Source: Candidatus Levyibacteriota bacterium
GTDB taxonomy: Bacteria > Patescibacteriota > Microgenomatia > Levybacterales > UBA12049
Reading direction: 5' to 3'
NCBI GenBank assembly: GCA_016186645.1
Contig: JACPLF010000007.1
Coordinates: 75,151 to 124,650, forward strand
Length of the DNA: 49,500 bases
Every line of letters begins with the position of its first letter. The first letter of the stretch is position 1. Made by a program: the position numbers and the translations under genes. A model generated the notes under the pieces. It had not been told where the DNA came from. It saw nothing but the letters and a program-made list of their open reading frames with translations, and did no database searches. Of the stretch, positions 26,742 through 34,842 are shown piece after piece.

Positions 26742-27743
26742 TTAAATGTTCGTTGCGCCTTTGTAGATTTTTGGTGCGAGCCAATCATCCGGCGGATTGT
26801 TTTCATCCCTTGGCGGGCCGAAGCCTTCCTTGGCGAAGGCGGCCTTTTTTTCTCCTGTACCGACTGCCTTGTACGCCGACTCGGCCTTCGTAGCCACTCC
26901 GGCGAAGGAGGCAGCATTTGCGAAGGTGGATGCTTTAGATAAAGAGGGGATTGTGGGTTGAGACTTGGGTTCGAAGAATGAATCTTTAACAACATCTCTC
27001 TTTAAATCTTTTACCTCTCTAACTGCTCCTTTTTTCAGAAGTGTCGCTATCGTTTCAAACGCCAAAGGAGAAGTTGTTGGAAGCTGAAAATTATCTGTCG
27101 CTGCTATGATTCCAGCCATCAGATTGGAAGCGATATCGCGATCTATATTAAAACCCAAGGACGAAATAAGGCTTGCAACCAATTCGCAGACTGAAGATGC
27201 ATTTCTTCCAAGAAGAGGCATGTCGCCAAAACCCTGATTTTCCGGCTTATAATCTATATTAATTACTTTTGAATCTTTTAAAGTCTCCATGTCAAAAGCT
27301 GTTCCCAAATCCGATAATCTTGGTGTTCCAACGACAAAAACAAGACCTGGGGCTGCTCCGTCTCTTCTAAATTCAACTTCTTTTTCATTGAAAGAAAGGC
27401 CATTTTCGCCTGCTTTAACCAGAATATTTAATTCTCCTTCTTCAAGAGTATAGGAAATTTTCTCAATTTCTCCCTCTTTGTATGGAAAAGATACTGTCAG
27501 GTCTCCCATCGAACCTCCATCAAAGGATTTCTGTACTTTATTTATTCCAACCAATGAGGAAACTTCTACAATCGGTTCTGTAGGGCAAATAACAGTGACC
27601 TTCTTACCCGCTTCCGAAAGCGCCAGCTGTAAAGATAAAGCAGCAGCCATTTCATCAGTACCGGGGTTTTTGCCTACAGCAATACCAACATTTTCGTTTT
27701 TAGCTAGGAAATCTTTGACTTTCTCAAGCATTAAATTATCCAT
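26742..27743 (-). CDS. Degenerate DHH/NrnA-like phosphoesterase-fold protein (start likely ATG 27743)
   Basis: NPGTDEMAA, INIDYK, ASSVCEL, GIIAATDNF; ends PPDDWLAPKIYKG. Confidence 0.75.
   Translation of the reverse strand: MDNLMLEKVKDFLAKNENVGIAVGKNPGTDEMAAALSLQLALSEAGKKVTVICPTEPIVEVSSLVGINKVQKSFDGGSMGDLTVSFPYKEGEIEKISYTLEEGELNILVKAGENGLSFNEKEVEFRRDGAAPGLVFVVGTPRLSDLGTAFDMETLKDSKVINIDYKPENQGFGDMPLLGRNASSVCELVASLISSLGFNIDRDIASNLMAGIIAATDNFQLPTTSPLAFETIATLLKKGAVREVKDLKRDVVKDSFFEPKSQPTIPSLSKASTFANAASFAGVATKAESAYKAVGTGEKKAAFAKEGFGPPRDENNPPDDWLAPKIYKGATNI
26812..26912. repeat. Two family-B palindromes, in frame in the DHH protein tail
   Basis: GGCCGAAGCCTTCCTTGGCGAAGGCGG and GCCTTCGTAGCCACTCCGGCGAAGGAGGC. 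Confidence 0.7.
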
Positions 27744-27759
27744 AGTCGCTTTGCTCCAG

Positions 27760-27822
27760 TTCAAAATTAAAAATTAAAAGTTCAAAATTAACTTTGAACT
27801 TTGCACTTTGAACTTTAAACTT
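27760..27822. repeat. Heptamer periodic repeat block
   Basis: Shares 27 bp AACTTTGAACTTTGCACTTTGAACTTT (27790-27816) with 26662-26688. Confidence 0.85.
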
Positions 27823-29337
27823 CTACCCGTGGCATATTAACATATCGCCTATAGTAAAGTCAAGAAAGGGAAAAATGATAACGCCGCCCTCCTGACCTTC
27901 CTCTATTTTTGAAACCACATTTTTTCCAGTTCGGACAGAATTAATTGTACTTTCTCCAATAATTTTTTCTTTTCTAATTAGTCTTACTTTGTCACCACGA
28001 GCGACTCTGCCTTCCAATACTTTTATTCCCAAAACTTTTGTCTTTTCAAACGGAAAACTAGCTAGGATTTTTGCTCTTCCATAAATCTCTTCAACAAGTG
28101 CCAATTGTTTTCCTTCTAACACATCTTTTATTTCTGTTATTAGTTCGTAGATAATCTTATAGTTTCTTGCTAAAACTTTTTCCTGCAGGGCAAATTTGAC
28201 AATTTCCGGCTTTATTCTTACGTTAAAACCCAATACAATTGCGTTGATTGATTTGGCTAACAAGATGTCTGTTGTTGTAATGTCTCCTGTTTTCTTAAGA
28301 GCAATATTTATTTCCGGGGGAAGGGACCTGACAATTGCTTCCAAAGATCCTTCGTTGTCTGCACATAAAACTATAGAAAGGGTCGGAACTTCTACTTCAT
28401 TTAGAAAATCCTCCGGCATCGGCATCGCTTCCTGCCCGGAATGAAAAGGTATTGCAGGAGCAATAGAAGGAGAAGAATTCTTCGCCAATTCTGAATTCTG
28501 AATTCTGAATTCTGAATTCTGAACTATTCCTCCGACCATTGGTACTTTTTCAAATCCCAGAACCTCAATAGCTTCCCCAACGCCTGCTTTATCCAAATGC
28601 TTACCCTTGTCATTTATTATTGTTCTCACTCTTGCCTTTATTCCTTCACATTCAATTTCGTCTTTGACTTTTAGTTCTCCGGATTTTATAATTACTGTTG
28701 CTCTTGGTCCGGATTTTTGATCAAGTTGGGACTCAATAACAATTCCTTTTAATTTGTTGTCCAAAACCGGCTTTTGCTTCATTTCAAAAACAAGAGAGAT
28801 TAATTCCAATAATTCTTTTATATTCGTATTTGTCTTTGCTGAAACAGAAATTACAGGAATATCTCCACCATATCCTTCTAACAAAACTTCTTCTTTTACC
28901 AATTGTCCCTTAACTTTTTCTTCATTTTTATCAGGGGCGTCTGATTTGGTTACAACAACAATAAAAGGAATTTGCGCTTTTTTCAGAATCTCAATGCTTT
29001 CCTTTGTTTGAGGCATGACTCCATCAACAGAAGAGACTACTAACAAGCCAATATCGGCAGCTTGTGTTCCGCGTCCTCTCATGTGAGCAAAAGCTTCATG
29101 TCCGGGGGTATCTATAAATGTTATACGCTTCTTAACTCCCTCAACCACCAATTCTATGCTGGATGCTCCGATTCCCTGAGTAATTCCGCCATGTTCACGT
29201 GAAGCCACATTTGTTTTTCTGATTGCATCCAAAAGTGAAGTTTTTCCATGATCAACATGACCCAAAACAGTAACAACGGGAGGATAATTTATTTGAGATT
29301 TATCTGAAGATTGTACATTAATATTTTTTTTGACCAT
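27823..29337 (-). CDS. infB: Translation initiation factor IF-2 (N-terminally short form)
   Basis: PPVVTVLGHVDHGKT, GGITQ, FIDTPGHEAF, GVMPQT. Confidence 0.96.
   Translation of the reverse strand: MVKKNINVQSSDKSQINYPPVVTVLGHVDHGKTSLLDAIRKTNVASREHGGITQGIGASSIELVVEGVKKRITFIDTPGHEAFAHMRGRGTQAADIGLLVVSSVDGVMPQTKESIEILKKAQIPFIVVVTKSDAPDKNEEKVKGQLVKEEVLLEGYGGDIPVISVSAKTNTNIKELLELISLVFEMKQKPVLDNKLKGIVIESQLDQKSGPRATVIIKSGELKVKDEIECEGIKARVRTIINDKGKHLDKAGVGEAIEVLGFEKVPMVGGIVQNSEFRIQNSELAKNSSPSIAPAIPFHSGQEAMPMPEDFLNEVEVPTLSIVLCADNEGSLEAIVRSLPPEINIALKKTGDITTTDILLAKSINAIVLGFNVRIKPEIVKFALQEKVLARNYKIIYELITEIKDVLEGKQLALVEEIYGRAKILASFPFEKTKVLGIKVLEGRVARGDKVRLIRKEKIIGESTINSVRTGKNVVSKIEEGQEGGVIIFPFLDFTIGDMLICHG
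28487..28523. repeat. (AATTCTG)x5 perfect heptamer tandem repeat inside infB
   Basis: Encodes QNSEFRIQNSEL. Confidence 0.95.
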
Positions 29338-29345
29338 AACATATT

Positions 29346-29427
29346 AAATTTCTAATTACTAATTTCTAATTAACCTAATCAAGTCCCAAGTTCCAACTTA
29401 GAAATTAGAGTAATTAGGTTAATTAGG
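29346..29427. repeat. Intergenic periodic repeat with inverted arms
   Basis: CTAAT-based units; perfect 14 bp inverted repeat 29366-29379 / 29413-29426. Confidence 0.75.
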
Positions 29428-30498
29428 TCAATTTGTTTTCTTCTCTTTCTTAGGTTCTTCTTTCTTTTCTTCTGTCTCCTTGGTCTCCTTTGGCTCTTCT
29501 GAAACTTTTTTAATTGTCTTATCCTCCTCTATTTCAATTCTATAATCTGTTAATTTAGAAGCAAGACGAACATTCTGTCCGTCCCGGCCGATTGCTAGAG
29601 ATAGCTCTTCAACTGGAACAAATACATGAGCAATTTTCTCCTCTTGCCCTTCCGAAGCTTTAGCGGAGGAGGGTTTCTTATCCAGCTCAACTCTCACGTT
29701 TTTTGCAGGAGACAAGGCCTGCGCAATATAATCCTTTGCATTTTCCTGCCACTGAATAATGTCGATTTTCTCAACCCCCGAAAATTCCTGAATAATAGCC
29801 TGAACTCTAACTCCCCTTTGTCCAACGCAGCTTCCGACAGGATCAATTCCCTGCTGATTTGAATAAACAGCAACCTTGCTTCTTGCTCCCGGCTCTCTTG
29901 CGATATTTTTTATAACCACACTTCCTTTAGCAACTTCAGGAACTTCTCTTTTAAAAAGTCCTTCCAAAAGTCCATTACTTGCTCTTGAAACAATAATTTC
30001 GTCGCCTTTTAATCCAGCTCTTATTTCAGAAATGTAAACAGCAAGCCTCTGATTCAAATGATATTTTTCATTGGGAATTTGCTCCGGGATCGGCATCAAA
30101 GCCTCTGTCTTTCCGACATCAACTATTATATTCGGGCCTGCGAATCGTAAAATCATTCCATTTACAATGGTTCCGACTCTTAATTTGTAGTCTGCGATTA
30201 TCGCTTCCTTTTCTTTTTCTCTGATTTTTTGCAGAATTACCTGTCTTGCTGTCTGGGCTGCAATTCTTCCGAATCCCGGAGGTGTAACATCTTTATTTTT
30301 ATGTAAAACTGTGGCTTCTCCTGTGTTTTTGTCTAAAGTTGCTGTGTATTCTTCAAGCTCAGCATCAGCGTGATCTTTTTTGTAAGCAGCCAAAATTGCA
30401 TTCTTGACTGTGTCTAGTACAACTTCGACGTCAACGCCTCTTTCGTTGGCGACCTGATTAAGCGCTAATAAAAATTCCGATCTTTGAACTGCCGGCAT
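29428..30498 (-). CDS. nusA: Transcription factor NusA (start likely ATG 30498)
   Basis: FGRIAAQTARQVI, AREPGARSK, DPVGSCVG, LAIGRDGQNVRLA. Confidence 0.96.
   Translation of the reverse strand: MPAVQRSEFLLALNQVANERGVDVEVVLDTVKNAILAAYKKDHADAELEEYTATLDKNTGEATVLHKNKDVTPPGFGRIAAQTARQVILQKIREKEKEAIIADYKLRVGTIVNGMILRFAGPNIIVDVGKTEALMPIPEQIPNEKYHLNQRLAVYISEIRAGLKGDEIIVSRASNGLLEGLFKREVPEVAKGSVVIKNIAREPGARSKVAVYSNQQGIDPVGSCVGQRGVRVQAIIQEFSGVEKIDIIQWQENAKDYIAQALSPAKNVRVELDKKPSSAKASEGQEEKIAHVFVPVEELSLAIGRDGQNVRLASKLTDYRIEIEEDKTIKKVSEEPKETKETEEKKEEPKKEKKTN
29644..29673. repeat. Family-B palindrome, in frame in nusA KH2 (PSSAKASEGQ)
   Basis: TTGCCCTTCCGAAGCTTTAGCGGAGGAGGG. Confidence 0.75.
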
Positions 30499-30564
30499 AA
30501 TAGTTGGTAGTATACCAGATTCAGGATCACCTATCAACAGCTTAAAGTAGAAATTGGACCTATC

Positions 30565-30816
30565 TTATCCGTGTTTAAGCTTGAGGAATAAGATGCTTAG
30601 ATTAAAAGCCTGAAATATAATATTTGGAATCAATATTGCGACTTGATTGGTAATCAAACCATAAACTACCCATAAAAATGTACCTATATTTAAAAGTATG
30701 TACATTTGGAGTGAAATATCGCTGGTTTTTTTACTTGTGATAATTTTTATAATCTGGGGCAAAGAAGCAATAACTACAAATCCTCCCGCGACCAATCCTA
30801 AAACGGTTATAAACAT
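30565..30816 (-). CDS. SemiSWEET / PQ-loop transporter
   Basis: 83 aa, 3 TM, LPQIIK...DIS...LWVVYG...N. Confidence 0.9.
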   Translation of the reverse strand: MFITVLGLVAGGFVVIASLPQIIKIITSKKTSDISLQMYILLNIGTFLWVVYGLITNQVAILIPNIIFQAFNLSILFLKLKHG

Positions 30817-30862
30817 AAAATATATTTATTATAATAATGTATATTTAATTACCTGTCAATTG

Positions 30863-33247
30863 TTAATTGACTAATTGTAAATTATTTGAAGAATCTACGG
30901 AAATGTTAATTTTATCGCCTCTTTTTATTTCGTCTTTAAGTATTTTCTGAGCAATTAGATTTTCAATGTTGTTTTGGATAAACCGGCTAAGAGGACGGGC
31001 GCCGAATTCCTGATCAAACCCCTCTGTTGCAATTTTTTCAATTACTTTTTCGTCAAAACTAACAGTTATATCTTTTTCCAAAAGCTTCTTCTCTAAATCG
31101 GTGAGTAAGAGCTTAACGATTTGGGAAACCTCTTGACCTTCCAATGGCTTAAACACAATAATTCCATCAAACCTATTCAAAAGTTCCGGACGGAAAATCC
31201 CTTTTGTTTGCAAAACTTCAAGAAGCTTCTTCTTAAAATTGCTATCTATGCTAGTTCCCTTTGCGACTTCCTCTCTTATGTATTCAGACGCTGCATTTGA
31301 GGTTGCAATAATTATCGCATCTGCAAATGAGACTGTTTTACCTACATTATTCGTAAGTCTTCCGTCGTCAAAAACTTGTAAAAAAAGGTCTATAGTTTTG
31401 GGGTTTGCTTTTTCGAATTCGTCAAGCAAAACTAGAGAGAAAGGACGCTCATGCACCTCATCTGTAAACCCTTTAGATCCAATTGTTCCTCCCAAAAGAC
31501 GAGTAACTCCTTCTTCCGTTGAGTATTCGCTCATATCCGCCCTTATCATTTTATTCTCACCAAAATATATATTGGACAGTGTTTTTGCAACCAGTGTTTT
31601 CCCAACTCCTGTTGGGCCTAAAAATAGAAATGATATTGGCTTTACTTTATTATTTAATCCTGCTCTAAGTCTTCTTAAAGCTTGAGAAATTTCAGAAATA
31701 GCATCTTTTTGTCCGATTATATATTTTGATAATTCATTATCCAAACGCAATAATAGATTGGCTTCATCTTCTTTCGGCGTTCCCACCGCAATTTTAGTTT
31801 TAACTCCAACTTTATCCAATACATCTTGCTCTTCAACGATTTTGCGGCCTGTTGTTGCAACAGCTGTTGCCGAATCTTCAAGAAGACTGACTCCTGATCC
31901 GGGCATTACCCTGTCAGGCAGATATTTCTTTGCATATTCGCAAACAGAAACAACAGCCTTATAAGAAATTGAAACTTTACTTTTCTTTTCAACTTCCGCG
32001 GTTTTTTGTAAAAGCATCCGAAGGAATGAGTCTTTATCGGGTTCTTCAAATTTTACAATCTCAAAAACGCTTTCCAAGGTATGCTTTGGTTCAACAAATT
32101 TACTAAAAGATGTGGGTGTAATACTGGCAATTATTTTTATGCTACCCTTTTGTAAATATGGGATGAGCACTCCGGACAGGTCGGTATTGAAAGTAGGGGA
32201 TCCTAAAACATTTTCGAAATTGGGGATATAAACAATAATATTTCCGGAATGAGTAAGCTCTGATATGACATTATTCAAACGTTCTTCCAATTGTCCTTGA
32301 CTCTGAATCCCTGCCAATAAACTATCAACTGAGATTTGAAAAAATCTTTGGTGATACAAGTTTCCTTTTATGTCTCCGACAAAACTTTCAAAAGCTAAAG
32401 AATTTACAAGAGAACTTTTCCCGCTCCCTGGCTCTCCAACCAACATAACGCTTTTATTTTTACTAAGGGTCTCAACGACCTCACGAAATTGCTCTTCTCT
32501 CCCTAAAAGCAAAGGCTTGAAAGTCAAAGCATCTTTTGTTATATCAACTACATATTTATTTGTTTCCACTGTCCATCCGCTAACCCACCCTTCTCCTATG
32601 CCTTCCCCCCAAAACTTTATTTTAAATGGTTCTCTGTTTTCTTCTTTCTGATAAGTATTTTTGACCCAATAAAGAATATGCAATAGCTCTTCTTTTTTGA
32701 GTTCTTTTTTAAATAAAATTTTTGTCTCATCCTCGGTCATCAATAAATAGGCTGCAAAAATATCCATAGTTGTCACATATTTTCCTTTCATGTTTTTGCT
32801 ATTTTCAAAAGCTAATTTGGCCAATGTTTCTTTGGTGATATCTATAAAAGAGACTTCTTTTTCCTGAATATTTCCTTTTCGCAGAAGAAATTTGATCTGG
32901 GGCTTTCCAAGAAGTATTTTCACTATATCTTTCGTACTGAAAGGGCTAAAAGTGCTCAACGCTTCTATGGTAAAAGAACTATAGACATCAACTTGCCCCG
33001 AACCAGCCGAAGGGTTGTCTTTAACTTCAAGAGCAGGAGGGATTCTTGAAATTTTGAAGTGGAAAAATATCTCCCACATTAAAAAAATTGACAAAATGAA
33101 AATTGGAACTTCAGACGCCGTTGTCAGAGAAAAATTAAAAGATAGACTTAGATAAACAAGCCAGAGTAACCATGCAAAAATTATTATTCTTAATAATTTT
33201 GCTGACAGCCTATTGTAAATAGAATAAATTTTGGCGAAGTGTTTCAT
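30863..33247 (-). CDS. Membrane-anchored ClpA/B-like AAA+ ATPase
   Basis: Two N-terminal TM segments, GEPGSGKS, GPTGVGKT, LLDEFEKA, FRPELLNR, FGARPL. Confidence 0.88.
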   Translation of the reverse strand: MKHFAKIYSIYNRLSAKLLRIIIFAWLLWLVYLSLSFNFSLTTASEVPIFILSIFLMWEIFFHFKISRIPPALEVKDNPSAGSGQVDVYSSFTIEALSTFSPFSTKDIVKILLGKPQIKFLLRKGNIQEKEVSFIDITKETLAKLAFENSKNMKGKYVTTMDIFAAYLLMTEDETKILFKKELKKEELLHILYWVKNTYQKEENREPFKIKFWGEGIGEGWVSGWTVETNKYVVDITKDALTFKPLLLGREEQFREVVETLSKNKSVMLVGEPGSGKSSLVNSLAFESFVGDIKGNLYHQRFFQISVDSLLAGIQSQGQLEERLNNVISELTHSGNIIVYIPNFENVLGSPTFNTDLSGVLIPYLQKGSIKIIASITPTSFSKFVEPKHTLESVFEIVKFEEPDKDSFLRMLLQKTAEVEKKSKVSISYKAVVSVCEYAKKYLPDRVMPGSGVSLLEDSATAVATTGRKIVEEQDVLDKVGVKTKIAVGTPKEDEANLLLRLDNELSKYIIGQKDAISEISQALRRLRAGLNNKVKPISFLFLGPTGVGKTLVAKTLSNIYFGENKMIRADMSEYSTEEGVTRLLGGTIGSKGFTDEVHERPFSLVLLDEFEKANPKTIDLFLQVFDDGRLTNNVGKTVSFADAIIIATSNAASEYIREEVAKGTSIDSNFKKKLLEVLQTKGIFRPELLNRFDGIIVFKPLEGQEVSQIVKLLLTDLEKKLLEKDITVSFDEKVIEKIATEGFDQEFGARPLSRFIQNNIENLIAQKILKDEIKRGDKINISVDSSNNLQLVN
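32992..33014. repeat. Palindromic repeat family A, in frame in the Clp ATPase (PSAGSGQ)
   Basis: CTTGCCCCGAACCAGCCGAAGGG. Confidence 0.8.
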
Positions 33248-33250
33248 AAT

Positions 33251-33580
33251 TTATCCCAAAAAAAGTAAAACAGTTATTATAATTGGCCAAGTAATAAAGC
33301 TAACCGTAAAAATAGCTTCAAATATTAATAAAGCGGCGAACAAAAGAAGGTCAGCAATGATAACAAATGTTTTTATAGACATTCCCATTGCTATAGAAAA
33401 TACAACCAGACCTTTTCTGTATTCATTTTTCCAGGGCTTAAAATAAGTTCGAATTAAAAGGGGAAGAGAAAACAATTGCATAAAAGCACTATTTAAAGAA
33501 GCAAAAAAGCTAAGTAAACTTTTGGGAGATTCTACAAACCAAAATTTTAGAAATATTAAGGGAAGATTAAAATAAAACAT
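33251..33580 (-). CDS. Small membrane protein upstream of the Clp-like ATPase
   Basis: Hydrophobic 109 aa with FS...L.RT.F.PWK motif; 3 bp from the ATPase start. Confidence 0.7.
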   Translation of the reverse strand: MFYFNLPLIFLKFWFVESPKSLLSFFASLNSAFMQLFSLPLLIRTYFKPWKNEYRKGLVVFSIAMGMSIKTFVIIADLLLFAALLIFEAIFTVSFITWPIIITVLLFLG

Positions 33581-33631
33581 GACTCAATCTAGTATAGAAA
33601 CTCTGCGCTAAAATTACAAATGAATTATTCG

Positions 33632-33657
33632 TGCGTCAACCCAGGGGTCGGAAGCTA
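33632..33657. repeat. Direct repeat, left of the TA cassette
   Basis: TGCGTCAAC-CCAGGGGTCGGAAGCTA. Confidence 0.85.
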
Positions 33658-33675
33658 GGAATTTTTAATCTTTTT

Positions 33676-33933
33676 CTATCCATAAATAGCATGCGTACCC
33701 ACTGAATGAAACCAAACGGTGTCTTTCCCGACAAATTCAAAGATGATTCTGTAATGATAATCTATGGAAAATGAGTGATAATTTTTAAGTTTTCCTGAAA
33801 GCCTGTGTGTTTTGAGCCCCGGATCAAATGGATTTGCGCGGAAGATCTTTTCTCTTTTTTCTGCAGCAGTCTTAACTTTTTTAGGCAAACGCTTATACTC
33901 TTTAGCAAATTTGCTTGAGTAATAAATTTTCAT
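33676..33933 (-). CDS. RelE/YafQ-family mRNA interferase toxin
   Basis: YSSKFAKEYK, LKTHRLSGKL, YRIIF, VGTH. Confidence 0.9.
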   Translation of the reverse strand: MKIYYSSKFAKEYKRLPKKVKTAAEKREKIFRANPFDPGLKTHRLSGKLKNYHSFSIDYHYRIIFEFVGKDTVWFHSVGTHAIYG

Positions 33934-33936
33934 CAG

Positions 33937-34152
33937 TTAGCGAAGACTTGAAAGAGATTTCAACAGAGTTCCTTTTCCTGCTTTCAATTCTTTTCTGCTT
34001 TTTTCCAGCTCTCCTGCCAGTCTTCCTTCTAACCAAAGCCTTAACAGACTTCTAAAAAATTCACTCTTACTAGTATAACGCCCTGTTCTAACTTCTTTTT
34101 CCACAACAGAATTAAGCTGAATAGGTAGGGATATATTTACAATCGCTCTCAT
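33937..34152 (-). CDS. Ribbon-helix-helix (ParD-like) antitoxin
   Basis: VNISLP...GRYTSKSEFFRSLLR. Confidence 0.85.
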   Translation of the reverse strand: MRAIVNISLPIQLNSVVEKEVRTGRYTSKSEFFRSLLRLWLEGRLAGELEKSRKELKAGKGTLLKSLSSLR

Positions 34153-34159
34153 GTAACAA

Positions 34160-34188
34160 ATTGTATTACAAATTTATTTGTTTGTCAA
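34160..34188 (-). promoter_or_regulatory. Leaderless-type sigma70 promoter of the TA module
   Basis: TTGACA-N17-TACAAT-N7-ATG. Confidence 0.75.
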
Positions 34189-34201
34189 CAACTAAATTTC
34201 C

Positions 34202-34228
34202 TGCGTCAACACCAGGGGTCGAAAGCTA
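34202..34228. repeat. Direct repeat, right of the TA cassette
   Basis: TGCGTCAACACCAGGGGTCGAAAGCTA. Confidence 0.85.
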
Positions 34229-34263
34229 TAACCTTCAACAACAAATACGAATTTCCGATGAAA

Positions 34264-34782
34264 TTAAGTTAGTTTGGAAGTAGGTGTTCGGGGACTTTCT
34301 ATTCGCACAGGAACATTTTCCAATTTGTATGGAGGCTCTGTTACCGTACCCTTGTCTATGCTTCTTTGAGCCCAATCAACAAAAGCTAGCATTACTTGCT
34401 CCTCATCTTTTGCTTCAGGTTTTATATCAATAAAATGGGCTCTGGATACAGCAGTAAAGTCACCCACGCTCATTCGTACATTAGGAAGTGCTAGCTGAAC
34501 ATAACTTTCTCCATCGAAAAATATTGCACACGTAACGCTTCTTCCTTCCCTATTGTCTACGATAGAAATTTCAACACGCTTATGTGGGCTATAGCGATCG
34601 GTTGCTATTCTAATCCAACCGTTATCTAAATTTACAGTTTTCCCTTCTAGCGTAAGACCAACAAATCTTGGTTCAATATTAATTAGTTTTTTGCATTCCC
34701 ATAATTCACGTACTTTTTGAAGAACTGTTTTTGTAGGAGCGATTTCTGGAGTTTTCCCCGGATTTAAAACTTCTTGTGTCAT
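34264..34782 (-). CDS. Hypothetical protein
   Basis: 172 aa ORF filling the gap, with TTGACA upstream; no motif recognised. Confidence 0.6.
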   Translation of the reverse strand: MTQEVLNPGKTPEIAPTKTVLQKVRELWECKKLINIEPRFVGLTLEGKTVNLDNGWIRIATDRYSPHKRVEISIVDNREGRSVTCAIFFDGESYVQLALPNVRMSVGDFTAVSRAHFIDIKPEAKDEEQVMLAFVDWAQRSIDKGTVTEPPYKLENVPVRIESPRTPTSKLT

Positions 34783-34842
34783 AAATCAAGTACATTATTA
34801 AACAAAAGGCTTAGATTGTCAATACGAGAAAAAGTTGGGGAT

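Noticed and set aside
26673-26995. Three short overlapping ORFs
   Set aside because: Alternative frames over the GC-rich palindromes in the DHH gene tail
26581-29427. Periodic repeats as a CRISPR array
   Set aside because: Units are 7-9 bp with no unique spacers, and no cas genes are present
33632-34228. Integron attC cassette
   Set aside because: Repeats are too short, lack RYYYAAC/GTTRRRY ends, and no intI is present
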